64,000 nucleotides of DNA from Candidatus Aenigmatarchaeota archaeon. GTDB lineage: Archaea; Aenigmatarchaeota; Aenigmatarchaeia; GW2011-AR5. The position numbers were made by a program, and so were the translations under genes. Under the pieces are notes generated by a model. It did not search any database, was not told where the DNA came from, and was given only the letters and a program-made list of their open reading frames with translations. Numbering within the stretch: position 1 is the first letter of the stretch; each line of letters begins with the position of its first letter. Positions 1 to 9,378 of the stretch are shown piece by piece. The stretch is from positions 117,864 to 181,863 of the forward strand of contig JACQID010000004.1 in the NCBI GenBank assembly GCA_016198685.1, given 5' to 3'.

Positions 1-1
1 C

Positions 2-1603
2 AAGGCCGTTATACAGGTCTATGAAGATACATCAGGCATTGCGCCGGGAGAACCGGTGGAAACAACAGGAATGCCGCTTATGGTAGAACTTGGGCCTGGA
101 ATACTCAATAACATATACGACGGAATTCAGAGGCCGTTGCCGGAATTGCAGAAATTGATGGGCGATTTCATAAAGCGTGGCGCAAGCGTCAATTCCTTGG
201 ACAGAAAGAAGAAATGGAAATTTATCCCTTCACTGAAGAAGGGCGAGGAAATCACAGAGGGTGAAATTCTCGGCACTGTAAAGGAAACAAACACGATAGA
301 GCACAGAGTGCTTTCGCCATGCTCCGGAAAAATCGACGAGATAAAGGAAGGATCATATACTGTTGAAGAAACAATAGGCAAGGTAGGCGGCAAGGAAATT
401 ACTCTTATGCAGCGCTGGCCTATCCGTGCTGCAAGGCGCGTAAAGGAGAAGCTTGTTCCGGATACGCCACTTATAACCGGAATAAGAATACTCGATTCGC
501 TTTTCCCCCTGGCAAAAGGAGGAACCGCCTCGATTCCGGGACCATTCGGAGCGGGAAAAACAGTGACCCAGCAAAGCCTTGCGAAGTGGAGCGATGCCGA
601 TATAATAGTTTATGTGGGATGCGGCGAGCGAGGCAATGAGATGACCGAGGTACTTGTGGAATTCCCTGAGCTGATAGACCCGAAGTCCGGAAATCCTCTT
701 ATGGAAAGAACAACTCTCATAGCAAACACAAGCAACATGCCTGTTGCAGCAAGAGAAGCCTCAATATACACCGGCATAACTATAGCCGAATATTATAGGG
801 ACATGGGTTATGACGTAGCATTGATGGCCGACTCTACATCGCGATGGGCTGAAGCCATGCGTGAAATCTCTTCCAGAATGGAGGAAATGCCAGGAGAAGA
901 AGGATATCCCGCTTATCTTTCCGCAAGACTTTCAGAATTCTATGAAAGAGCAGGCAAGGCGATATTACTTAGCGGCAGCATGGGTTCAATAAGCATAATC
1001 GGTGCTGTATCACCTCCAGGCGGCGATTTCTCAGAGCCTGTGACACAGTCAACGCAAAGAATAACGAAAGCTTTCTGGGCTCTGGATGCGGCGCTTGCAA
1101 ATAGAAGGCATTTCCCGTCCATAAACTGGATGAATTCCTATAGCCAGTACGAATCTTCTCTTGCGCCGTGGTATAATGAGAATATCACTCCGCAATGGAC
1201 TACTATCATAAGCAAAGTGAAGAAAATACTCTCAGAAGAGCAGAGGCTGCAAGAAATAGTTCAACTCATAGGCTCAGATGCGCTGCCCGAAAAAGAGCAG
1301 TTGACTCTGGAAGTAGCAAGACTGATAAGGGAATTCTTCCTTCAGCAGAACGCATTCCATGACGTTGACAGCTACTGTGCTCCTGCAAAAAGTGCAAGAA
1401 TACTGCAGTCAATATTGTACTTTGAGGAAAAAGCACGCGCTGCAATAGAGGCAGGCGTGAGTGCAAGGGAAGCCGTTGCTATAAAATCGAAAAACAAAAT
1501 AGGCGACGCCAAGTTCTATAAAGATTACGAAAAAATATTGAATGAAGCTGATGCCGGAATGGAAAATGAAATAAACGAGATGGTGAGGAAAAATGCTGCT
1601 TAA
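2..1603 (+). CDS. atpA: A-type (A1AO) ATP synthase catalytic subunit A, 5'-truncated at window edge
   Basis: Frame is open from position 2 ([33 protein letters not shown]...). Walker A GPFGAGKT and [13 protein letters not shown] are present. Stop TAA is at 1601-1603. The ORF track shows only the part from the first internal Met. Confidence 0.9.
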   Translation, partial: KAVIQVYEDTSGIAPGEPVETTGMPLMVELGPGILNNIYDGIQRPLPELQKLMGDFIKRGASVNSLDRKKKWKFIPSLKKGEEITEGEILGTVKETNTIEHRVLSPCSGKIDEIKEGSYTVEETIGKVGGKEITLMQRWPIRAARRVKEKLVPDTPLITGIRILDSLFPLAKGGTASIPGPFGAGKTVTQQSLAKWSDADIIVYVGCGERGNEMTEVLVEFPELIDPKSGNPLMERTTLIANTSNMPVAAREASIYTGITIAEYYRDMGYDVALMADSTSRWAEAMREISSRMEEMPGEEGYPAYLSARLSEFYERAGKAILLSGSMGSISIIGAVSPPGGDFSEPVTQSTQRITKAFWALDAALANRRHFPSINWMNSYSQYESSLAPWYNENITPQWTTIISKVKKILSEEQRLQEIVQLIGSDALPEKEQLTLEVARLIREFFLQQNAFHDVDSYCAPAKSARILQSILYFEEKARAAIEAGVSAREAVAIKSKNKIGDAKFYKDYEKILNEADAGMENEINEMVRKNAA

Positions 1604-2966
1604 GGACTACAAGACGATAAGCCGGATAACGGGCCCGCTGCTCTTTGTTGAAAAGACGCATGATGTCGGATACAACGAACTTGTGAACATAACATTGCCC
1701 AATGGGGAGAAGCGCCTTGGGCAGGTTCTTGACACGTCCAAAGACGCAGTCACAGTGCAGGTTTTTGAAGGCACGACAGGCATAGACAAGAATGCTTCTG
1801 TGCGTTTTTTGGGGGACGTGATAAAGGCCAAAGTCAGCGAGGATATGCTCGGACGAGTGCTTGACGGTTTCGGGAATCCCATCGATGGCGGCCCGGACAT
1901 AATACCCGAAGACGAAATTGACGTTACAGGGGCCGCAATGAATCCTTATTCCCGCGCATCTCCCCAGGACTTCATACAGACAGGAATATCAACGATAGAC
2001 GGCATGAATACGCTCGTTAGAGGCCAGAAGCTCCCAATATTCTCAGGTTCTGGTCTTCCTCATAATGACATAGCGCTGCAGATTGCAAAGCAGGCCAAGG
2101 TTGTAGGCAAAGAAGAAAATTTCGCAATAGTATTCGCAGCAATGGGTATAACGAACGAGGAAGCACGAAAATTCATGAAGAGCTTTGAGGAAACAGGCGC
2201 GATAGAACGTGCCATCGTCTTCCTTAACCTTGCAGACGACCCGGCAACGGAAAGGCTTATCACACCGAGAATGGCCCTCACTGCTGCAGAATATCTTGCT
2301 TACAAGAAGGACATGCATGTGCTCGTGATACTAACGGATATGACCAATTATTGCGAGGCGCTGCGGCAAATTTCTTCCGCCCGAAGCGAGATTCCTGCAC
2401 GAAGAGGCTATCCGGGTTACATGTACACGGACTTGGCATCCATATACGAAAGAGCAGGCATAATCAAGGGAAGGAAAGGGAGCATAACCCAGATCCCGAT
2501 ACTTACGATGCCCGGAGATGACAAAACGCACCCGATACCGGATCTTACCGGTTACATAACAGAAGGCCAGATACAGTTGGGTCGAGATCTTCATAGAAAG
2601 GCTATCTATCCTCCGATCGATGTAATGCCGTGCCTCTCAAGACTCATGAACCTTGGCATAGGCAAGGGCAAGACAAGAGAGGATCACAAGAACGTTTCTG
2701 ACCAGCTTTATGCATTCTACGCCCAGGGCCGCGATCTTCGGAGCCTTTCCGCCGTGGTAGGCGAGGAAGCGCTTTCTGAGCGTGACAAAAGGCTGCTGAG
2801 ATTTGCAGAGATGTTCGAGCAGAAGTTCGTGAACCAGGGTCATGAGGAAGACAGGAGCATCGAAAGGACGCTTGACATAGCATGGGAGCTTCTCTCGCAA
2901 ATGCCCGAGGACGAACTCACAAGGATATCGCCTGAGCTGAAGCAAAAATATTACAAGGGAAAATAA
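1593..2966 (+). CDS. atpB: A-type ATP synthase regulatory subunit B
   Basis: 457 aa. ATG overlaps the atpA stop by 11 nt. Typical B-subunit sequence ([40 protein letters not shown]). Confidence 0.9.
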   Translation: MLLKDYKTISRITGPLLFVEKTHDVGYNELVNITLPNGEKRLGQVLDTSKDAVTVQVFEGTTGIDKNASVRFLGDVIKAKVSEDMLGRVLDGFGNPIDGGPDIIPEDEIDVTGAAMNPYSRASPQDFIQTGISTIDGMNTLVRGQKLPIFSGSGLPHNDIALQIAKQAKVVGKEENFAIVFAAMGITNEEARKFMKSFEETGAIERAIVFLNLADDPATERLITPRMALTAAEYLAYKKDMHVLVILTDMTNYCEALRQISSARSEIPARRGYPGYMYTDLASIYERAGIIKGRKGSITQIPILTMPGDDKTHPIPDLTGYITEGQIQLGRDLHRKAIYPPIDVMPCLSRLMNLGIGKGKTREDHKNVSDQLYAFYAQGRDLRSLSAVVGEEALSERDKRLLRFAEMFEQKFVNQGHEEDRSIERTLDIAWELLSQMPEDELTRISPELKQKYYKGK

Positions 2967-3593
2967 ATGCAGAACCTGAACCCGACGCGTGCCGAATTAC
3001 AGAACGTCAAGAACAGGATAAAGCTTGCGGAGTCGGGCCACAAGCTCCTGAAGAAAAAGAGAGACGGGCTGATAATAGAGTTCTACAATGTGCTCAAGGA
3101 TGCCAAGAGCATGAGGAGCGAGCTCAATGAAATCTACAGGAGAGCTTACACTTCCATGCTTGAAGTTGCGGCCCTTGAGGGAATAATGGAGATAAAGAGC
3201 CTTTCCCTTGCCCTGAAAGACAAGCCGTCTGTTGAGTTGACTGTCAAGAATATCATGGGCGTCAGGATACCGCAGATAGCCAAAGGCAAAATCCGCAAGA
3301 GCCTCGAAGAGCGCGGCTACGGATTATTATCGGCTTCGATGCGAATGGATGATATGGCCGGGAATTATGAAGCCCTCCTTGAAAAGACTCTTGATGTGGC
3401 GGAAATCGAAACCAAGCTTCGCAAGCTTCTCATGGAAATAGAGAAAACCAAGCGACGCGTGAACGCGCTTGAATACGTATTGATACCGCAGCTGCAGCAG
3501 CAGAAGCGCATAATCGCACTCCACCTTGAAGAAATGGACAGGGAAACCACCTTCCGCCTCAAGAAGATCAAGCAGAAGGTTATTGCGAAGTAA
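2967..3593 (+). CDS. atpD: A-type ATP synthase subunit D
   Basis: 208 aa. Starts 1 nt after the atpB stop. N-terminus MQNLNPTRAELQNVKNRIKLAESGHKLLKKKRDGL is typical of V/A-ATPase D. Confidence 0.85.
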   Translation: MQNLNPTRAELQNVKNRIKLAESGHKLLKKKRDGLIIEFYNVLKDAKSMRSELNEIYRRAYTSMLEVAALEGIMEIKSLSLALKDKPSVELTVKNIMGVRIPQIAKGKIRKSLEERGYGLLSASMRMDDMAGNYEALLEKTLDVAEIETKLRKLLMEIEKTKRRVNALEYVLIPQLQQQKRIIALHLEEMDRETTFRLKKIKQKVIAK

Positions 3594-3634
3594 GGCTTTT
3601 CGCAATTTTAATACTTTTTTATCTGATTCTTGTC

Positions 3635-4537
3635 ATGGCGCATCATGTAAAGGGCAGTCTCATGTTTGATGACGGAATCAAGGTCCCTACAGGAATGAAG
3701 TATGGAAGCGATTTTTCTCTTAAATTATCGTATGTGCCTGTGAGCAAGGAAGGCACGCCTGTTGTGTATAAAGGGCGGTTTGATGTGGACTGTTTCGATC
3801 TAACTCATTCCGTCAAGGACATGGTATCATCTCATAATGTTCCTGTCATGACAAAGGGTCTTGTACATGAAGGACATAGTGAAGGTGAAATATCCGAGGC
3901 AAATCCTCTTCTTATTACATTGAGAATAAAAGAAGACAGGCTAAGCAGGCCTCCTTCCCAAAGGCAACCTATGCTAGGTTTTGCGTATGTATCTACCAGC
4001 GAAACCGACGAGTTCCTGAAAGAATTAGGGAATTCCTTCAATCCAGAATATCTAGGGGCGGCTTTAGAAAAGATACGACAGAACATAAAATACGGCACGG
4101 AAGCGGAGAATCTTCTTGATGATATTGTACTAAATAGAACAGGCATCTGCAAGGATTTTGCGTGTCTTCTGGATTATGCGGTGAAAAAGGTCGGAGGTAT
4201 TTCTGATATCGCCAAGGGCAGAGCAATGAATCTGCGTGTCAGAGACATACCGGTCTTTCGTACGATAGATGAGGGGGCATACGGTTTCCATGGCTGGAAT
4301 GAAATTTACCATAATGGTAAGTGGAATCTTGTGGATCCTACAATCTACACAAATTCTCCAGATGAAGTCAAAGAACGAGCGATAAATGAAGTACGCGACA
4401 TTTATTTTCTGGAGCCGCCCGTACCCTCGATTTATCTTATAGACGGGCTTAAAGTGTCGGTGAATAAGGGCATGATTATATTGAACGAGCCACTAGTGAC
4501 AGCAAACCTGGTTTCATGCGAAATAGCCGATAAATAG
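3635..4537 (+). CDS. transglutaminase-like cysteine protease superfamily protein
   Basis: Cys-His-Asp core motifs GICKDFACLLDYA and FHGWNEIYHNGKWNLVDPT. 300 aa. Follows atpD after a 41-nt gap. Confidence 0.6.
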   Translation: MAHHVKGSLMFDDGIKVPTGMKYGSDFSLKLSYVPVSKEGTPVVYKGRFDVDCFDLTHSVKDMVSSHNVPVMTKGLVHEGHSEGEISEANPLLITLRIKEDRLSRPPSQRQPMLGFAYVSTSETDEFLKELGNSFNPEYLGAALEKIRQNIKYGTEAENLLDDIVLNRTGICKDFACLLDYAVKKVGGISDIAKGRAMNLRVRDIPVFRTIDEGAYGFHGWNEIYHNGKWNLVDPTIYTNSPDEVKERAINEVRDIYFLEPPVPSIYLIDGLKVSVNKGMIILNEPLVTANLVSCEIADK

Positions 4538-4557
4538 CCAAAAAAACAAATAAAATC

Positions 4558-4758
4558 ATGCGTAAACTGAGTCGCAATCACAAGCTCCTTTTTGCCCTTG
4601 TCATAAGTTTCGGCATCATATTATTCTGGCGTGGAGTTTGGGGGCTTCTTGATATTTACCTGTTTCCTGCAAACCTGGAAACGAGCTTCTGGATTTCCGC
4701 TATTGCAGGAGTCGGCATACTTATTGTCACGGGTTACATGTCCAAAAGCCTCAGGTGA
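4558..4758 (+). CDS. small hydrophobic protein (2 predicted TM helices), hypothetical
   Basis: 66-aa ORF with ATG at 4558 and two hydrophobic stretches. No recognisable family. Confidence 0.3.
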   Translation: MRKLSRNHKLLFALVISFGIILFWRGVWGLLDIYLFPANLETSFWISAIAGVGILIVTGYMSKSLR

Positions 4759-4875
4759 ATCCGGAAAAACTTTAAAGTTTCTGTGCCGCAATGATTTATC
4801 ATGATAGAGCGGCTCTTTCTGCGAATGAAAAGTAAGGAAGAGTAAGCAGGCTGATAGAATCGCCAAGAATTTAAA

Positions 4876-4960
4876 CATCGAATTCCGCCGTATTAATACG
4901 GTGGATGAAACAACGGGAATTCGATGTGAAAATCCACCGCTTGAAAGCGGTGGATTTTTA
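4876..4960 (+). other. tandem hairpin RNA-structure element (possible terminator or structured leader) upstream of tfs
   Basis: 11-nt perfect inverted repeat CATCGAATTCC/GGAATTCGATG (4876-4886 and 4916-4926) encloses the near-palindrome CCGCCGTATTAATACGGTGG. A second perfect 11-bp hairpin AATCCACCGCT-TGAA-AGCGGTGGATT (4931-4956) is followed by TTTTT (4955-4959). TTTAAACAT direct repeats flank the element. Confidence 0.4.
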
Positions 4961-4979
4961 AACATTGCATGTAAGAAAA

Positions 4980-5279
4980 ATGATGCAATTCTGTGAGTGT
5001 GGCGGCATGGTAGTTTCTTCAGGCGAGATTTCAAAGTGCCGCAACTGCGGCAAGGCTCAGGCCATGAAAGCGCAGAAGATAACGACGCACTCCGAAAAAA
5101 AGAATACCATAGTCATAGAAAACAACAAGCCGGATCTGCCTGAGACCGATGTCCAGTGCCCGAAATGCAGCCATAGCCGGGCTTATTGGTGGCTTATCCA
5201 GACGCGTTCTTCAGATGAGCCTCCGACCCAATTCTATCGCTGCACAGAATGCAAGCATACGTGGAGAGAATACAAGTAA
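4980..5279 (+). CDS. tfs: transcription factor S / RNA polymerase subunit M-like zinc-ribbon protein
   Basis: N-terminal Zn ribbon FCECGG...CRNCG. C-terminal TFIIS-type ribbon CPKCSHSRAYWWLIQTRSSDEPPTQFYRCTECKHTW. The track ORF starts at TTG 4965; the first ATGs are at 4980/4983. Confidence 0.8.
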   Translation: MMQFCECGGMVVSSGEISKCRNCGKAQAMKAQKITTHSEKKNTIVIENNKPDLPETDVQCPKCSHSRAYWWLIQTRSSDEPPTQFYRCTECKHTWREYK

Positions 5280-5637
5280 AACGATAAATATTAACGATAA
5301 AATAATAGTTATATGGATTTTCGGAAAGTGCTTGAAGCATTCATGTCCCCCAGTCCGGCTCCTAATTTTGGGGATGATTATACAGGACCAGTTACGTTTG
5401 CAAACGCTTACTCCAGTCCCGGGATATTTTCGGATGACGGGAGACGTGAATTCGACCGTGCAGCTATCGGCTTATTGAGCGACCCCGATATAGGAATAGA
5501 CGTTAAATACGGAAAATTTCTGCATACAAAATGATGGACAATGGAAATCTATTGCCAGTGGTTGAGCAATTGAAATTGGGGGATCCATGTAAGTTATACC
5601 GTATACGTTTTGGTGAAAGCCGGCGAGGGAATATGAA

Positions 5638-6045
5638 ATGAAAGGATATGTAGACGGGTTTGTTATTCCTATAAAGAAAAAGAACGTGAAAGCTTACCTT
5701 AAGATGGCCAGGCTTGGATGCAGGATATGGATGAAGTATGGGGCTCTTGACTACTGGGAATGTGTCGGGGATGAACTCACGGTGAAGATGGGTCCGCCAG
5801 AATCAAGCCCAAGACCAATGTCGCCGTTCATAAAAAAATTCAGCCTCAAGCCGGACGAGACAGTGATATTTTCCTGGATATTATTCAAGTCAAAAGCGCA
5901 CCGCAACAGCGTCAATGCGAAAGTGATGAAAGACCCGGCTATGCAAATGGAGAACTTTGACCCGAAGGAAATGCCTTTTGACGATAAGCGGATGCTCTAC
6001 GGTGGGTTTTCGCCGATTGTTTCTGCAAAACGCAGGCGCGCATGA
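5638..6045 (+). CDS. DUF1428 (YbaA-like) family protein
   Basis: N-terminus MKGYVDGFVIPIKKKNVKAYLKMA...WMKYGALDYWECVGDEL resembles DUF1428 proteins. 135 aa. Confidence 0.5.
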   Translation: MKGYVDGFVIPIKKKNVKAYLKMARLGCRIWMKYGALDYWECVGDELTVKMGPPESSPRPMSPFIKKFSLKPDETVIFSWILFKSKAHRNSVNAKVMKDPAMQMENFDPKEMPFDDKRMLYGGFSPIVSAKRRRA

Positions 6046-6051
6046 TAAAAT

Positions 6052-6081
6052 TATTTTTCTTAGTTCTTTTGCAAAACTAAG
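6052..6081. terminator. hairpin with flanking T-tracts between convergent genes
   Basis: TTTTTCTTAGTTCTTTTGCAAAACTAAG. A 7-bp stem CTTAGTT/AACTAAG lies between the 3' ends of 5638..6045(+) and 6094..7179(-). Confidence 0.4.
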
Positions 6082-6093
6082 TAAATTAGTCTA

Positions 6094-7179
6094 TTATCTA
6101 TTATACACAGACGGACTGACAAATGAATAAGTGCCTGAGCATGTTCCTGATTGGTGCTCTATATTAAGTGTATACGGATCAACTAATTGGATAAGAATTT
6201 TTCCTGTAGGCCCTTTTTCATAATTCCAATACAGACCATTGCGGTCATTCTCATAGCAAAATATGTTGCCATGAGTTATATGCTGGAATCCAACATTCCT
6301 TGTCCCAGTGCTTTCAGGAACGAACATCCACTTCAATGGTTCTGAGATCACGCCCCCTACAGAAATTACAGCAGCTTCTGGGAACCGGTTATCATATCCT
6401 AAATAAAGGTGATTTACCCAGTCTCCGTGCATCCTGTTTCCAGAGTCCCCGTGGAACCATTCGCCCTGGGGTGTCCCGAAAATATCATGCATTACGGTGC
6501 CACAATTTTTATCTTGCCTCTCAATCAAAGCGGTAAGCTGCTCTTTGACCGGGCTCGAGTAATAATCAAAAGGGCATGTTGAATGCAAAGATTTTATTCC
6601 ATATCTTTGCGGATTTATGAAGTTATTATTATGCCTTAAGTCCCATGTCCCGAAATTAAAATTGCCCTGCATTCTCCCGACCGTTCCAAGAACTGTTCCT
6701 GCCTTCACAGGCTTGAGAAGCAGTATAGGGCATTGATTGTCGCCCGGCGTTCCTCCGTATTTGCACTCATAATTCCGGATAAGATCTCGCATCTCCGGCG
6801 AAAATGACTTCACATGATCGACTATGCCGAACACATCCTTGCAGAGCGCATAATGAATCACGTGATCCTCCGGATCTGATGTCACGCCGTATCTTGGCTG
6901 GATGAGGGTTATCCATATGTCCCCGGGCGCATAAAGGGAAACAGTCTTCTCAGTTCCCTGCGTGTCAACGGCGATATAGGTATCAGTGCTGCTGCTGGCA
7001 GCTGCATGTTCCGGAGGGCTTGTCGATCCTATGGGCTCTATTGTCGTTATTTCTTCAATATCAACAGGGGACCGCGTGAAGAAGACATCGTCGCAGTCTG
7101 GCAGAAGCGCCTTCTCAGATGAGGTTAGTATTTCATAAGAAGGCCTGAAGTCGGTTTCCTGCGGAGCGAAGATTCCCAT
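6094..7179 (-). CDS. hypothetical protein, probable body of a secreted/membrane-anchored protein (see frameshift finding)
   Basis: 361-aa ORF with no signal sequence of its own. The upstream overlapping ORF 7125..7337 encodes a signal-anchor. The two frames are joined by an A AAA AAU heptamer. Confidence 0.5.
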   Translation of the reverse strand: MGIFAPQETDFRPSYEILTSSEKALLPDCDDVFFTRSPVDIEEITTIEPIGSTSPPEHAAASSSTDTYIAVDTQGTEKTVSLYAPGDIWITLIQPRYGVTSDPEDHVIHYALCKDVFGIVDHVKSFSPEMRDLIRNYECKYGGTPGDNQCPILLLKPVKAGTVLGTVGRMQGNFNFGTWDLRHNNNFINPQRYGIKSLHSTCPFDYYSSPVKEQLTALIERQDKNCGTVMHDIFGTPQGEWFHGDSGNRMHGDWVNHLYLGYDNRFPEAAVISVGGVISEPLKWMFVPESTGTRNVGFQHITHGNIFCYENDRNGLYWNYEKGPTGKILIQLVDPYTLNIEHQSGTCSGTYSFVSPSVYNR

Positions 7180-7337
7180 GCCGACATCAAAAGGCTCAGA
7201 TTTTTTGGATCCCTCGTTCCAAAGTCACTGGTCTGGTTTCGGCTGCCTTCGTATGCGGCATTCTTATACTGCAAGCTAATGGCAAATATGATGGCAAATA
7301 CCATGATTATTGCAATGATTGGAATGGCGTTCTTCAC
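7125..7337 (-). CDS. signal-anchor peptide ORF, likely N-terminal part of the 6094..7179 protein
   Basis: GTG start. MKNAIPIIAIIMVFAIIFAISL is a hydrophobic anchor. Overlaps the downstream ORF in a different frame. Confidence 0.3.
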   Translation of the reverse strand: MKNAIPIIAIIMVFAIIFAISLQYKNAAYEGSRNQTSDFGTRDPKNLSLLMSAWESSLRRKPTSGLLMKY

Positions 7338-7401
7338 ATTAATTCATGTTCTGGGCGCATATTAATTTCTGAATTTGCCAAGAAATGCATTCTTCATGCA
7401 A

Positions 7402-8598
7402 TCAATAGCGTCTTCCGAAACTGCGTCTTCTTCCGCCAAACCCGCTGCCGCCTCTTCTTTGGCCGCTGCGGTCGTGCATGCGGATGTTGACTTTTATTTT
7501 CGGGAAATCCGATTCTTCTGCTTTTTCTATGTCCTTGACCTGTCTTATGATACGCCTGAAAGGCTCGTGATCCTTGACAGAAAGCAATGTTATAGCCTTG
7601 CCTTCGGCCTCCATTCTTGCGGTTCTGCCTATCCTGTGCGTGTAGGAGTCAGGGTCATTGGGAACATCGAAGTTGAATATATGAGTCACGTCCTTGATGT
7701 CAAGCCCTCTTGATGCGACATCAGTAGCTACAAGCACGTGCGGCCTGCCCTGATGGAAGCTTTCCATGACTTTCATTCTTCTTGCTTGTGGCATGTCGCC
7801 ATGTATTGCTTCAGCATCAACGTTGTTTTCCTTTAGAACACCAGCGAGTATATCCGCCATTCTTTTGGTGCCTGCGAATACTATTGCGCGAGAAGGTTTT
7901 TCTTTCTTGACAAGATGTACCAAGAGTGACAATTTCTCCTCATCCCTTACGTTATAATAATACTGCTTCAGTTTGTGTTTTGGCACGAAAATTTGGGCCT
8001 TGATTTTTATAGGATCCTTCATGAAGTTCCTTATTATGAACATTATTTCATCGGGTATCGTTGCTGAAAACAGCATGGTCTGCCTTTGCTTCGGCAAGCC
8101 AGACATTATCCTCCGTATGTCATCTATGAAACCCATATCAAGCATCCTGTCAGCTTCATCAAGAACGAAGTACTTGACGCCATGAAGGTCTATTGTTCTT
8201 CTTTCCATGTGGTCGAGTATCCTTCCTGGCGTGCCCACGACGACTTCTGCCCGGCGCAGATGGCTTATCTGCGGCTCTATAGATACGCCGCCGAATACGC
8301 GGCAAACCTTTATACCGCCGAAAGAAACCGAATGCATGAAATCGGCTACTTGGTTGGCCAATTCTCTTGTCGGAACAAGAATAAGTGCCTGTACGCCTCC
8401 ATCGCGTTGCACCCCATGAAGTATAGGAACAGAAAAGGCGAGAGTCTTGCCCGAGCCGGTCATGCTCTGGCCTATAACGTCCTTGCCAATCATTCCCGGA
8501 GGTATAGACTTCTCCTGTATCTCGGTAGGCTCGGTTATGCCAAGCTTGTGTATAAGCTCCAGCATTCTTGGGTCTATGTTCATTTCTTCAAACTTCAT
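7402..8598 (-). CDS. DEAD-box ATP-dependent RNA helicase with C-terminal RGG-rich tail
   Basis: Motifs GSGKT, DEAD, SAT, HGD and RGLD. C-terminal tail SGQRRGGSGFGGRRRSFGRRY. Confidence 0.9.
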   Translation of the reverse strand: MKFEEMNIDPRMLELIHKLGITEPTEIQEKSIPPGMIGKDVIGQSMTGSGKTLAFSVPILHGVQRDGGVQALILVPTRELANQVADFMHSVSFGGIKVCRVFGGVSIEPQISHLRRAEVVVGTPGRILDHMERRTIDLHGVKYFVLDEADRMLDMGFIDDIRRIMSGLPKQRQTMLFSATIPDEIMFIIRNFMKDPIKIKAQIFVPKHKLKQYYYNVRDEEKLSLLVHLVKKEKPSRAIVFAGTKRMADILAGVLKENNVDAEAIHGDMPQARRMKVMESFHQGRPHVLVATDVASRGLDIKDVTHIFNFDVPNDPDSYTHRIGRTARMEAEGKAITLLSVKDHEPFRRIIRQVKDIEKAEESDFPKIKVNIRMHDRSGQRRGGSGFGGRRRSFGRRY

Positions 8599-8775
8599 AC
8601 CAAGATAGGTTAGAACGGAATGGTTAAATACCTTTTACGGATCGAAAGCGCTTAGTTTTAGGCTTCGAAATGATGAAAAATGCATGCAAAAGCTAAAGAT
8701 TTCCTTTGTGCAACGGTCTGATTATCAAAATACACGCCTCTTACAAATAAGAATCATCTGCAAACTTTAAATCAT

Positions 8776-9330
8776 ATGATAAGAATATTAATGCCAATGA
8801 CAACCCATCAGGAAAAAGAGGAAAGAAGGCAGAAAAGAGAGGAAACTGTCGAAGAGGAGCGCAAGAAGCGCGATGCCAAGAAAAAAGTCAAGCAAATGAT
8901 AGTCATTTCTACAGGTCTTGCAATAGTAGCAGTCGTTGCTTTTTTTCTTTCCAACATCTCGCCTGCCATGCCTGACAGGCCTCTGATCGGTGACCATTGG
9001 CATGCAGATTATTCTATAGAAATATGTGGCGAGATGCAGCCTATTATTCCCGAGTTTCCTGGAGGAGTCCACACACACGGCGACGGGAAGATACACATCC
9101 ATCCATACGTCCAGGAAGAAACAGGAAAGCAGGCTAACTTAGCATTGTTCTTCGACAATGCAGGCTTGAAGGTTAGCAATTCTTCTATCCAGATGCCTGA
9201 AGGCGCGGAGATAACGCAATGCAACGGCAGCCGGGCTGAAACATCCGTGACTCTGAATGGAAACGCGCTTGCCGATTATTTGTCTTATGTAATGCAGGAT
9301 GGAGATGTAATCGGCATTAAGTTTTCATGA
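8776..9330 (+). CDS. membrane-anchored His-rich hypothetical protein
   Basis: Charged K/E/R-rich N-terminus, then a TM helix (IVISTGLAIVAVVAFFL), then GDHWHADY...HTHGDGKIHIHP histidine cluster. Confidence 0.45.
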   Translation: MIRILMPMTTHQEKEERRQKREETVEEERKKRDAKKKVKQMIVISTGLAIVAVVAFFLSNISPAMPDRPLIGDHWHADYSIEICGEMQPIIPEFPGGVHTHGDGKIHIHPYVQEETGKQANLALFFDNAGLKVSNSSIQMPEGAEITQCNGSRAETSVTLNGNALADYLSYVMQDGDVIGIKFS

Positions 9331-9378
9331 CCCCAAAAAAGCCGGGAATCGCCTGTTTTATATTTTGCCTGCCATTCT

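Noticed and set aside
5149-5534. Overlapping ORFs 5149..5478 and 5313..5534 downstream of tfs
   Set aside because: The first overlaps the tfs 3' end in another frame. Neither has motifs, SD or promoter signals I could support. They are left unannotated.
8599-8775. Search for origin recognition boxes (ORB) or an AT-rich unwinding element next to orc1
   Set aside because: No ORB-like repeats or repeated dyads were found in 8599-8775, 9331-9378 or 10390-10593. An origin cannot be claimed from this window.
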